Positions 9,734 through 19,534 of a stretch of 64,000 bases of DNA are shown here, piece by piece. The notes below the pieces were generated by a model. The model saw nothing but the letters and a program-made list of their open reading frames with translations, was not told where the DNA came from and made no database searches. The first letter of the stretch is position 1, and each line of letters opens with the position of its first letter. Both the position numbers and the translations under genes were made by a program. Origin of the DNA: an uncultured Planctomycetaceae bacterium (GTDB taxonomy: Bacteria; Planctomycetota; Planctomycetia; Isosphaerales; Isosphaeraceae); contig CAWIAD010000002.1 of assembly GCA_963833985.1 (NCBI GenBank), positions 4,384,001 to 4,448,000 on the forward strand, in the 5' to 3' direction.

Positions 9734-10330
9734 GTGACACAAGTGAACTCCCTGGCTCAGCGCATGCGCGACTACCGTTATTCCAAAGGTTGGGGCCCTG
9801 ACGAGCTTGCCAGTCGTGCCGAGATCTCGCGCACGGCGCTCTACCAGATCGAGAGCGGCAAGACCGGGCTACCCCGCGCCGGCACTTTAAGACGGATCGC
9901 CGTGGCACTGGATGTCTCGATGGAGAATCTGCTGGGGCAGGAAGATCACCCGGCCTTACCGCCTTCCCATGCTGTCAAGGACCTCGCCGGCATGGCACTG
10001 GCACGTGGCCGCGAGCTCCCCGAGTGGCTTCCCGCCGAGGGTGCACCACTTGCATTCGGCGGTAATGGCAACGGCAACGGCAACGGCTCACACGCTGGCC
10101 TGCACAAGCACTTCACTTCCCTGGGAGAGGCTCGGCCGGAAGAGCCGCGGTTCTCTGCTCTGGACATGCAGCGGAAGGCCGTTCCGCCGGCCTTTGACAG
10201 TCTGCTGATCCGGGAAGGAGAACTCATGTCCAAGCTGCATGAGATTCTTCGGTCTCCTCTGGGAGCAGGCGCGGCGCGGATCGTTGACGAGCTGCATGTC
10301 ATGGTCGGCCGCAACAAGAATCTCTCGTGA
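9734..10330 (+). CDS. XRE-family HTH transcriptional regulator
   Basis: N-terminal ELASRAEISRTALYQIESGK helix-turn-helix. Confidence 0.88.
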   Translation: MTQVNSLAQRMRDYRYSKGWGPDELASRAEISRTALYQIESGKTGLPRAGTLRRIAVALDVSMENLLGQEDHPALPPSHAVKDLAGMALARGRELPEWLPAEGAPLAFGGNGNGNGNGSHAGLHKHFTSLGEARPEEPRFSALDMQRKAVPPAFDSLLIREGELMSKLHEILRSPLGAGAARIVDELHVMVGRNKNLS

Positions 10331-10450
10331 ACGGAAAAAGCCGCCTCACGCGGCGATTCGTCAGGTAAATTTCCTCAAGGAACCATCGCGAGCGGACGAC
10401 GGCGGATCCAGGCGTCGCCCACGCGGCCATCTGCACCTTGAGGTCCTCAC

Positions 10451-10954
10451 ATGACTCGCCGCAACTTGTCGCATCCCGTGTTTCCGATGGCTGGCTGCAT
10501 GCTGGCCATCGTCCTCGTTTCCGCAGGCGAGGCGGCCGCACAGGACCGCCCCGCCTCGCCTCTCGTGAATCGGCCCGTTCGCCAGGTCCGAAGCGTTTGT
10601 CCCGCACCGTCGCCGGCAACGCTCGGAACGTTCCAGCCAACCCCCTACGTGATGGTGCGCGGCGACTGGCCAACCGGCGGAGGCTACTCGCCAATCGATA
10701 TTTACGGCGATCAGACACTCTCCATCTACGGCCCCATCTCCCCCTGGAGGGCCGTGGCCGCACCCGTGACCACCTACACGCGCGGCTACGACGGCCGGGT
10801 GTACCAGGCGCCGGGGACCTCGTTCTCCAACCCCTTCCTGCCAGGGCTCTCTCCAGTGCTCTACCCGACGCAGGGGAACTATTACTATGGCCCTCGGGTC
10901 AACCGCACTCCGCCCCAGTGGACCACCGGCTACAACTGGGTGGATCAGAACTGA
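10451..10954 (+). CDS. Exported hypothetical protein (Pro/Tyr/Gly-rich)
   Basis: Signal peptide-like N-terminus; GAGG RBS upstream. Confidence 0.7.
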   Translation: MTRRNLSHPVFPMAGCMLAIVLVSAGEAAAQDRPASPLVNRPVRQVRSVCPAPSPATLGTFQPTPYVMVRGDWPTGGGYSPIDIYGDQTLSIYGPISPWRAVAAPVTTYTRGYDGRVYQAPGTSFSNPFLPGLSPVLYPTQGNYYYGPRVNRTPPQWTTGYNWVDQN

Positions 10955-10974
10955 TCCACTCCCTCGGACGGGCG

Positions 10975-13004
10975 TCAGTCTGGCTGCCGAGGGGGATTGC
11001 TGCTTCCCTCGGGACGGAACTGGACGGCCGCCCCGCCGCCCGGCGCCAGGTGCAAGGCCAGCTTCGATGAGCGCGTGACGGACTGCTCGCGGATCGCCGT
11101 GTGCGTTGGCTGTTCAGCGGCGTCCGGTGCGTCGGCGTCGATCCTGGCCGTGAACCGGCCCTCGCCCAGGAAGTCGAGTGGCAGCTCGAGGTCCCGCGCG
11201 TTCCAGTCGGTCAGGCAGCCCAGATACCAGTCCGCGCCCGGCGCCGCGCCAGCGCGATGAACTCCATCGGCCGGCCGGCAAGCACGCGCGTCTCGTCCCA
11301 GCTCGCGGGTACGGCGCGGACGAACGCGAAGTCCTTCTCGTTCGCCCCGCGATAGCGCTCGGGATAGTCAGAGACCATCTGAAGGTGGCTCTCGAACACC
11401 ACGTAGAGCGCAAGCTGGTGCGCCCGCGTGCCCATGACCATCGGCTGCCGGTTGCGCGGCACGAACGCCTCGCGCGTGACGTTCAAGAAACCGCCCGGCG
11501 TGTAGTCCATCGGGCCGGCCAGCATGCGGGTGAACGGTAACGTGCAGTTGTAGACGGGAGTGACACGGGCGCTCCACTTCAGGTATTCCAGGCCCATCAC
11601 TCCTTCGCGGGTGAGCAGGTTTGGATACGTCCGTTCGATCCCATCGGGCTTGTAGGCGCCATGGAAGTCGATCATGAGATGGTGTTCGGCAGCCTTCTGG
11701 AGCACTTTCCGGTACCAGGCCACCATGACCTGGTCGTCGCGGTCCATGAAATCGATCTTCACCCCGGCAACGCCCCAGCGCTCGAACTGCGGGAACGCCT
11801 CGTCCATGTGACGGTCGACCGAGGTCCAGTGCGCCCAGAGCCAGAGCTTGACGTTTCGTTCCTTCGCATGACGCAGCAGCTCCGGCATGTCGAGTGCGGG
11901 ATTGACGGCGGTGATGTCGTCGGGCGTTCCCCGCCCGCGCCGGGCCGCCCAGCCGGCGTCGATGAGCATGTAGGGGAAACCGGACCCGGCCGCGAAGTCG
12001 ATGTAATGCTTCATGGTCGCGGTGTTCATGCCGGGCCGGAAGGACACGCCCTCCGCGTAGCTACCCGACCACCAGTCCCAGGCCGTCTTGCCGGGCTTGA
12101 TCCACGAGGTGTCGGCGATCGCCGAGGGCGGGTTCAGGTTCAGCAACAGGTTCGACTCGATGAGCCGGCCCGGCTCGCGCCCCAGCAGAATCACGCGCCA
12201 GGGAGAACGCATGGGCGTTTTCGCCAGCACTGCGCTTGCGGGGTGGTTCTTCAGAGGTGGCAGCCTGGCCTCGAGCGAGAAGGAGCTCGCGCCATGGCTT
12301 AGGTACATGCCGGCGTAATCCTCGATGTGGGCTTCCGCGATCGCCGCCCAGGCCACCCCGGGCAGCTCGGCCAGGAGCGGCAAGCCGATGAGCCATTCCG
12401 GATGAAGTCCGCTCAGGTTCCGCTTCTGGTATTCATCTTCATACGAGGTGGTGAAGTTGCGGAGGATGAGTGGAAAAGTCGTTGCGTCGCCGGCGAACCG
12501 GAACTCGGTGCGCTCGCGCGTCAGGGTGATCCCTTCGTGCAGAGCGGGCTGCTCGGGGACGATGTACCGAAACGCCACTCCGTCGTCATACGCCCGCGCC
12601 TCGATCGACATCGTGCGATTCTGGCCCCCGCCCTCGGCGTAGTCGATGACCAGGCCGTGATAGTGATCGCGGATCGGATTGGACTTCCCCGCCGGAACCC
12701 GGTAGGTCTCGTCGCCCTGCAAGGTCTTGACCGCGGCCGGCTTCCACCCGCCGGGAAACGGCGGTTGGCCCTCGAGCTGAAGGCCCAGACCCGAGTCCGC
12801 GATCACGGTCTTGCCGTGAAATCCCACGCGGTAGCGCGGCGAGGGATTCTCAGCCATGCCCTGCGGCGGTCCGCTGATCGCAAACTCCACCGCGCCATCC
12901 GGCGACGTGATACGCACCGGCTGCTGCTGCGCGCTGGCCCGATCAGGCCCCCACGCAAACGGAAGAACCACGACGCTGATGATGGCCGCGCTGCGAACCG
13001 ACAT
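10975..13004 (-). CDS. Glycoside hydrolase family 97, frameshift near 11240
   Basis: WIKPGKTAWDWW, GVKIDFMD, DFHG, GPMDYTPG; C-terminus DWYLG...LAPGGG continues in another frame to TGA at 10975. Confidence 0.92.
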
Positions 13005-13412
13005 GAGTCACCACCCTTCCCCTTCCTCTGAAAGTCGCCGCCCTGCCTGATTGTCCAGCAGCGGAAGCCCCCACGCGAGCCGGTTGTGACCACAACCGCG
13101 GCAGCCGCCTGGAATCTGGTCCAGGGCCGTTTCATTCTGCCTCCGGCAGCAGGGCGCTGGCACTCGCTGTCCACGCGGCCCCGACATCGCCAACCCCCGC
13201 AACACCAGCCCCGGCCTGATTGGCTTCGATTTCGGTCGATTGATTCAAAGCCAATCGACGTTAGCCATTGATTCTCAAGGACTTGAAGTTCGATTTGGAA
13301 TTGGCTTCGCTCGGAATCCATTTTTCAATCCGCTCGCCAGCGGAGCGCCCCGCGCCACGCCAGGACCAGTGCCGCTGAAACTTTGAAATACGTTTCAACG
13401 GTATTGAGGCCA

Positions 13413-13527
13413 AGACGAGGCCGGTCCTTCGCGCGCCGCCTGTCCCTGGCGGCGCGCTGGTTTTCACAAACGACCGAATTGACAGAGAGCCGGTGCAGTG
13501 CACTGCACCGTCATGGTCAGTTTACGA
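13413..13527 (+). repeat. Direct repeat copy A (~115 bp) with 10-bp hairpin and 20-bp palindrome
   Basis: Aligns with 17065..17172; shared core CGACCGAATTGACAGAGAGCC. Confidence 0.85.
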
Positions 13528-14024
13528 TGCAAGGGTCGGAGATTATCAGCGGGGGGGAAACTGGTGTCGGGGAAACTGGTGTAGCCTGCTCAGAAAACAG
13601 ACGCCCGGAAGCGACGTAAGTCCATGACACACCATGTTTTCATGGGTTCGGGTGCCGCCAGAATGGCGGCATGACGGCTGACACCAGTTTCTTGCCCGTG
13701 GAACACGATTCCGATCGTGTTATGGTTCATGGAGCATGGACGAAGCAGAGTGACACGATTGGATCGTGTCCCACCAACACGATAGAGGTGCGCGACGGGT
13801 CTTACTCCACGGCGATCAAATCCGGCAGCATTTGCAAGAGCAATGGTTTTCGGGCAAACGCGTCTCCGAAGCGCATTGCCAACCCTTTTCGTCGTCTGCC
13901 AGGCATGGAGCGAATCGCGGCATGCGTGGGACAACCGGCCACGATGAAAAGCGTTGCCATATCCCGCCGTCGGCAAAATAGGTTGGACTGGTTGCAACCA
14001 GTCTAGTTGCGGGGAGATGGATTG

Positions 14025-14273
14025 ATGGACATCGTCGGATCGTTCGAGGCCAAGACCCACTTGCCCCAGCTCCTTGAGCGGGTTGCCCAGGGCGAGGAAT
14101 TCACCATAACCAAGCACGGTAAGCCCGTGGCCAGGTTGGTGCCCACCCAGCCCGCCAAGGCCAAGCCGGACGTGCGGGCCGCCGTGGAAGCCATGAAGCA
14201 GTTTCGCAAAGGCCATACGCTCGGCGAAGGACTTACCCCCCGCGATCTGATCGAGGAAGGCCGCCGGTTCTAA
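14025..14273 (+). CDS. Phd/YefM-family antitoxin
   Basis: FEAKTHLPQLLERVAQGEEFTITKHGKPVARLVP. Confidence 0.92.
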   Translation: MDIVGSFEAKTHLPQLLERVAQGEEFTITKHGKPVARLVPTQPAKAKPDVRAAVEAMKQFRKGHTLGEGLTPRDLIEEGRRF

Positions 14274-14387
14274 ATAGATCCTCGCCTCTTGGAATGTGGG
14301 CCAGCCGCCCTCGGCTGGCTCAGGACGGCCGAGGGCGGCCGTTCCACACTTTCCCTCTTACGGGGAGCTATTTAGGAGGAAAACGGC

Positions 14388-14816
14388 ATGGATACCAGCA
14401 ACGCTTTTGTCCTGGATAGCTTGGTCACGATGGCCTGGGGTTTTGACGATGAAGACGATGCTTACGCCGTCACCATCCTCGACAAGCTGCACGAGTTGCA
14501 AGCTTATGTCCCCTCTCTCTGGTCGCTGGAAGTCGCCAATGCCCTGATCGTCGGTGAGCGTCGCGGCCGGTCCACTTCGGCCGACTCAGCCCGCTTTCTG
14601 GCGATCCTCGGCACCTTCCCCATCGTCGTGGATGACGAGACGGTTGCACGGGCCTGGACCGATAGCCTACATCTGGCCCGTGCCCACGATCTGTCCGCCT
14701 ACGATGCCGCCTACCTGGAACCGGCCATCCGCCGGGGCCTTCCGCTCGCATGCCTGGACGGGAAACTGAAAGCGGGGGCCATCGCCGCCGGCGTTCCGCT
14801 TTTTACCCCTTCTTGA
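14388..14816 (+). CDS. vapC: VapC PIN-domain toxin
   Basis: VLD...LEVANAL...YDAAYLE...LD acidic tetrad; AGGAGG RBS. Confidence 0.9.
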   Translation: MDTSNAFVLDSLVTMAWGFDDEDDAYAVTILDKLHELQAYVPSLWSLEVANALIVGERRGRSTSADSARFLAILGTFPIVVDDETVARAWTDSLHLARAHDLSAYDAAYLEPAIRRGLPLACLDGKLKAGAIAAGVPLFTPS

Positions 14817-14912
14817 TGGATTATCGCATCAGCATGCCAACTGCTTCAGCAGGCCGCCTGTTTGTCTCTTTCTGGGCCATCTGTCTCGACAACCTGCCGC
14901 ATCCGCGGCGGA

Positions 14913-16141
14913 TCAGGGGTTCTCGCTCCCCTCGGGCCGGGCACTCGCGGGAGCATGCGACTGCGCCGTCGGCTCCGGTCGCCGCGACAGGCGGACAGGC
15001 GGCAGGCCGACGATCTCGAAGGTGGCCGAGGCGATGCCGATCCCGGCCTCGTCAAGGGCCTTGATGATCGCGCGGCTCATCGCGTCCTTGACCTCGCGGA
15101 TGCCGTGGTCGCGGACCACGAACCGAACCGTCAGCTCGAGCCAGTTGTCGGTCAGCCGGTAGTACACCCGCGGGCGGATGTCCGCCGACCTCATGACGTA
15201 CCGGCGGCGCATCTCCTCCAGCGCCTCGATGCCCATGTCGCCGGCGGATACCGAGTGCTGCTCCGCGGCTTCCAGGAGGATCTGCTCCGCGCGGTCGCGG
15301 TCGGCCGTATACGAGACCGGCAGGCGCATCTCCTCCCAGATGTAGGGGAAGTCGCGGGTGTAGTTGTAAACCGGTTCGTCGAAGATCTTGTCGTTTGTGA
15401 CGGTGACCACCCGCCCGGTGTACTGCCGGCTGCGGACCCACATCGCCGGCTCGGCGTTGGACTCGATCGCCGGCGGCTGGCCCATCTCCATGATCGTCGT
15501 CTGGATGAACCCCAGCGCGATGACGTCGCCCCGGACGCCGCCCATGGTGATCCGGTCGCCGACGTTGAACGTCTTGCCGCGGAGGATGACGAAGTAGCCG
15601 GCCACGGCGGTGACCACCCGCTGGAGGGCGAACGCCAGGCCCGCGGTCACCAGGCCCAACGCGGTGGCCAGGCGGGTCGGGTCGTCGAACCAGATGGACA
15701 CCAGCCCGAGGATGAGCAGCACCGCCGTGGCCAGCCGGATCCCCTGGCGGGCCCAGAACGCGACCCGCTCGTCGCGGCGGTCACGCATCAGACGGTGGAC
15801 GACCGCGCTGGCGCCGCGCCCAGGAGCAGGACCGCCGCAATGTACGCCAGGGTGAGCAGGAGCTTCTGGCCGTTCTCGGCGTTGGCCCCGACGAACTTGA
15901 CGCCGAGGACCTCCACGGCCTGATTCGGCCCCACCAGGCGAAGCCCTGGCGCAATCGTCCGGGTCGGGAAGTCCCCGCCGCCAGCCGCCCTGGGGAGGGG
16001 TGCGGCGTTCGGCCCCACAGGCAGCCCGGTGACGCCCTGCGCCGTCGCGTCAGCGGCCAGGCCCAGTGTGAGGATGAGGCCGAAGCATGCGCGAAGGGAC
16101 CACTTCGGGTCCCGCGCCCCATCCTTCGCCCCGCGTTCCAT
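14913..16141 (-). CDS. MscS-family mechanosensitive channel, frameshift near 15820
   Basis: GLAFALQ, FNVGDRITMGGVRGDV; split into ORFs 15788..16141 and 14913..15788. Confidence 0.85.
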
Positions 16142-16262
16142 GGATTCCCTCCTTGTCGGGTCTGCATCGCCGGGAGTGGGTTGCCAGGCGCGCCGGCACC
16201 GAGTGATTCTCGGTACCCACTCCCGCGCGATGCTCGTTCAGGACCGCCCTGTCGGCTCAGTG

Positions 16263-16460
16263 CTAACAGCCGCGGGAGGCCTGCTCGACCTGCTGCATGG
16301 CCTGCTCCCTGGTATATCCTTACTTCTGCTGGAGCTTGCCGATCAGCTGGTCCTTCCGGCCGGAGATCTGGTCGAGTTCGTCGTCGGTGAACTCACCCCA
16401 CTTCTCCTTGACCTTGCCCTTGAACTGCTTCCAGTTGCCCTCGATCTGATCCCAGTTCAT
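16263..16460 (-). pseudogene. csbD: CsbD/YjbJ-family stress protein with in-frame TAA at 16320-16322
   Basis: MNWDQIEGNWKQFKGKVKEKWGEFTDDEL...QQK*GYTREQA. Confidence 0.8.
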
Positions 16461-16541
16461 GATGACCCTCCTCGGAATATCCGGTCCCTGGAGTCGGTGC
16501 CCGTTGCTCGGGGGGCGACGCTCATTATGCTCGCCCTGGTC

Positions 16542-16962
16542 AGGCACTTACGAATAATGAGTTGTTCAATGTTATATACAGTAATTTGGTAAGACTGTGT
16601 AGTTCCAGTCGCCGTTGCAGCATCACCTTCCAGAGCCGGACTCGACTCCCACTGCTCCCCCCGCAATCGGCCGTCATCAACGGCTTTTCGGCGGCCGGGT
16701 ATGCCAGCGAGCCCATCCGTTCCCGCCACCTGCGCACCGACTCCGTGGCGAATTCTGCCGCGATGTGATCGATCCCCACGCCCACCCAGCCGTCATTGTG
16801 GGTCAGATCAAAGACCCCATACGGGATCCCGAACCCCCACTCCTTGTCCCGGAAGTCGTGAGTCCGGACGCGCAGGAGAGAGCCCTCGGGCCGCCCTTCG
16901 CGGCCTGGATTGCGGGAATTGCCGATCGACTCCCGCTTCTTCGTGTGCGGCGAGGGATTGAT
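16542..16962 (-). mobile_element. ISAzo13-family transposase remnant, internally deleted
   Basis: TKKRESIGN, HDF, IPYGVFD, TADCGGS, RLWKV fused to C-terminal GDWNYT in another frame. Confidence 0.88.
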
Positions 16963-17064
16963 ACTTGATTCGCAGCAGGGATACCGTTTCATCGCACACC
17001 ATGTGGTATCGAACGTGTGCAACTACAGTGCCAATTTGATCAGCTCATTATGCGTCACCTCCTG

Positions 17065-17172
17065 AGACGCGGTCGGTGCTTCGCGCCACCTGAGCCTGGC
17101 AGCGCGCTGGTTCTCACATACGACCGAATTGACAGAGAGCCAGTGCACTGCACCGCCATGGTCCGTTTACGA
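17065..17172 (+). repeat. Direct repeat copy B
   Basis: Diverged copy of 13413..13527. Confidence 0.85.
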
Positions 17173-17353
17173 GATGAGGAAAGGGGACGGTGTTCTGGCT
17201 CCGCAAAGGCGGTCCACTTTTGTCCGATCGACCGTCCCGATAACGGCGGTTTTGAGACGACCGTCCTCGCCCGAGCCAGATTGGAAGGGAATTCTCTCCG
17301 GCACACGGGCGAGCGGAATATGCCGGCTGCGGTGGGCCCCGGGGGGCCGCCGG

Positions 17354-17806
17354 TCACGCATTGTTGCCCAGGGAGTCCATGCCTCGGGCGATTCGTCTCA
17401 GGTGGCCGGCCAGCTTCTCCGACGCGTGCGACGGCACGAGCCCCGCCAGCTTCCCGAGGAAGACAGCGATCCCGTCCCGCGCCCGGCGCTGAACTTCCCG
17501 GCCGCGCTCCGTCAGCGAGACCCGCCGGACCCGGCCGTCGGCGGCGTCCCGTTCCCGAGTGACGAAACCCCGGCGCTCCAGACGGCCGAGCATCTCGCTC
17601 ACCGTGTTCGCGTCGGAGTCGGTGCGCCCCACCAGTTGCTTCTGCGTCGCCCCGTCCCCCTCGGCCAGGGCGGTCAAGATGACGAACTGGTCGGCCGTCA
17701 AACCGAACCGGGCAAACTCGGCGTTCGCCCGGCGGTGCATCGTCAGGTACGCGGCCCGGAGGCCCATCGCGAGGTCGTGACCGGCGGCCGTGACCGCCTC
17801 TCGCAT
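17354..17806 (-). CDS. MarR-family transcriptional regulator
   Basis: GLTADQFVIL, RLERRGFVTRERDAADGR..VSLTERG. Confidence 0.9.
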   Translation of the reverse strand: MREAVTAAGHDLAMGLRAAYLTMHRRANAEFARFGLTADQFVILTALAEGDGATQKQLVGRTDSDANTVSEMLGRLERRGFVTRERDAADGRVRRVSLTERGREVQRRARDGIAVFLGKLAGLVPSHASEKLAGHLRRIARGMDSLGNNA

Positions 17807-17856
17807 GGCCTCGGGCTCGCACGAAGGCGAGGGCGCTGCCGGCCGGGCACGAGGGC

Positions 17857-18897
17857 TCACCGCTGCCGCGCCTCCGGGAACATGATCTGGGCCGTCTGGT
17901 GGAGGTAGCGCCGCCAGTTGACCCACTCGTGCCCGCCCGTGCTCAGGACCCAGAAGTTGCGGACGCCGTACTTGTTGATGATGGCCATCACCGCCTGGCC
18001 ATTCTTCAACGCGATGTCGGTTTCGCCCTCGGCCATGTAGAACGGCACCCGCAGCAGCTCCTCGTTCGTCTTGGGGTCGCTCAGGACCGCCTTGAAGTTC
18101 TCCTCGAACGCCGCCATCCGGTCGGGGAAGTAGCCGGAGCTGTAGACGTAGAGCTCGCCGAAGGTGTCAAGGTGCGACAGTCCGGTGTTCATCACGACGA
18201 ACCCGCCCATCGACAACCCCGCCAGGGCCCGGTTCTCCCGGCCCGGCCTGGCCCGGTAGTGCGACTCCACGTAAGGGATGATGTCCTTGAGGAACTCCTT
18301 CGAGCAGGCGTCCTCCTCGCCGGGCTTCGGCGGGTTGGGCGAGGCAATGCCCCTCGTGTTCGGCATCACGACAATCATTGGCCTGGCTTTCCTGGCCGCA
18401 ATGAGGTTGTCGAGGATGAACTGGGCGTGGCCTCCCTGGCGAGACTGGGTGCTCGTCCACCTCGAATCGTCGTCTCCACCGCCGTGGTTCAGATAGAGCA
18501 CGGGATACCTGGCATCGCCATCGGCCTCGTAGCCCGGCGGCAAGTAGACATGCATCCGCTTTTCGGTCCCGGCGTGATTCGTGTAGGTCGCCTGCTCGAC
18601 CTTTCCGTGGGGGACGTCGGTCTGAGCATAGAACGAGGCGTCATCGAGGGCGGGCAGTGCCGGCAGGATGGGAAGCCTGGTCGGCCCCGGCTTCGGCACG
18701 CCAGCCATGCCGCGGGGCCCTGGACGGCCCGGCCGTGTCGGCGTCCCTCTTCGCCCCTCGTCCTTCGAAGTTTGGCCCTGGTTCTTACCCGCTCCGGGGG
18801 GCTTCGGGTCGGCCTTCGAGTCTTGATTGGTTGTCACCGGGTCACCGGCGGCCAGCCCGAGCACGGCCATCGCGAGGAGCAGACGAGATGCGAGCAT
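17857..18897 (-). CDS. Secreted alpha/beta-hydrolase esterase (CE1-like)
   Basis: Signal peptide; VYLPPGY, YLNHGGG, AGLSMGG, GHEW. Confidence 0.88.
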   Translation of the reverse strand: MLASRLLLAMAVLGLAAGDPVTTNQDSKADPKPPGAGKNQGQTSKDEGRRGTPTRPGRPGPRGMAGVPKPGPTRLPILPALPALDDASFYAQTDVPHGKVEQATYTNHAGTEKRMHVYLPPGYEADGDARYPVLYLNHGGGDDDSRWTSTQSRQGGHAQFILDNLIAARKARPMIVVMPNTRGIASPNPPKPGEEDACSKEFLKDIIPYVESHYRARPGRENRALAGLSMGGFVVMNTGLSHLDTFGELYVYSSGYFPDRMAAFEENFKAVLSDPKTNEELLRVPFYMAEGETDIALKNGQAVMAIINKYGVRNFWVLSTGGHEWVNWRRYLHQTAQIMFPEARQR

Positions 18898-19058
18898 GGT
18901 GCTCGACTCCGGGAGAGAGATTGATACGGCCCCGTACTATCGGGATGTTAGCGTCGCAGTGGTGGTTGTGCAAGCTTGTACCTGGTGCACTGCCTAAGGG
19001 GCTCCCTCCGAGCCGAAATACTTCAAATGACCGACGGCCCCGCGGCCGAACCTCAGTC

Positions 19059-19113
19059 GGGTCTTCCGAGGGGGATATGGGTCTTCCGAGGGGGACAGGG
19101 TCTTCCGAGGGGG
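19059..19113 (+). repeat. Three tandem copies of GGGTCTTCCGAGGGGG
   Basis: Copies at 19059, 19079, 19098. Confidence 0.9.
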
Positions 19114-19534
19114 GGCATCGTGAGGCATGCCGACAGGGTGGACAATATGGAAGACGACCCGTCATCAACCGGCTTCCTTCGGGACGGTTTCTGCGACCGG
19201 ATTCCCCGGGATGGTGCGCACGGAGACCAGGCCCAGCGCGACTGCGGTCTGGCAGATCCACTCCCCACCGCCGAATGGCCGGTTGCGCTGTTCTGTGACG
19301 TTCCCTGGTGGACCGCGCACGCACGGTTGACACGGCTCCGGCCATCAGGATGTCGCATCATGCACGATGCCGAGTTGCCCCCGCCCGACGTCTGGACCGC
19401 GGGGCGATCCTTGCTTGGCCGGGTCTGGTAGCATGGGAAGCGAGGGCATGGGCTGCGCGGCCGGCACACCTGCCCGGACCTGCCCGCGTCCCGCCCTCGC
19501 CGACCCTCCCCACTCCGTTGCAAGGAGCCCGATC

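Noticed and set aside
10061..10087. GGCAAC microsatellite (GNGNGNG) in the XRE gene
   Set aside because: Short in-frame low-complexity linker; no evidence of phase variation
13413..17172. Direct repeats as integron attC sites
   Set aside because: No RYYYAAC/GTTRRRY boundaries and no integrase visible
19059..19113. Possible CRISPR array
   Set aside because: Spacers are only 3-4 bp and there are no cas genes
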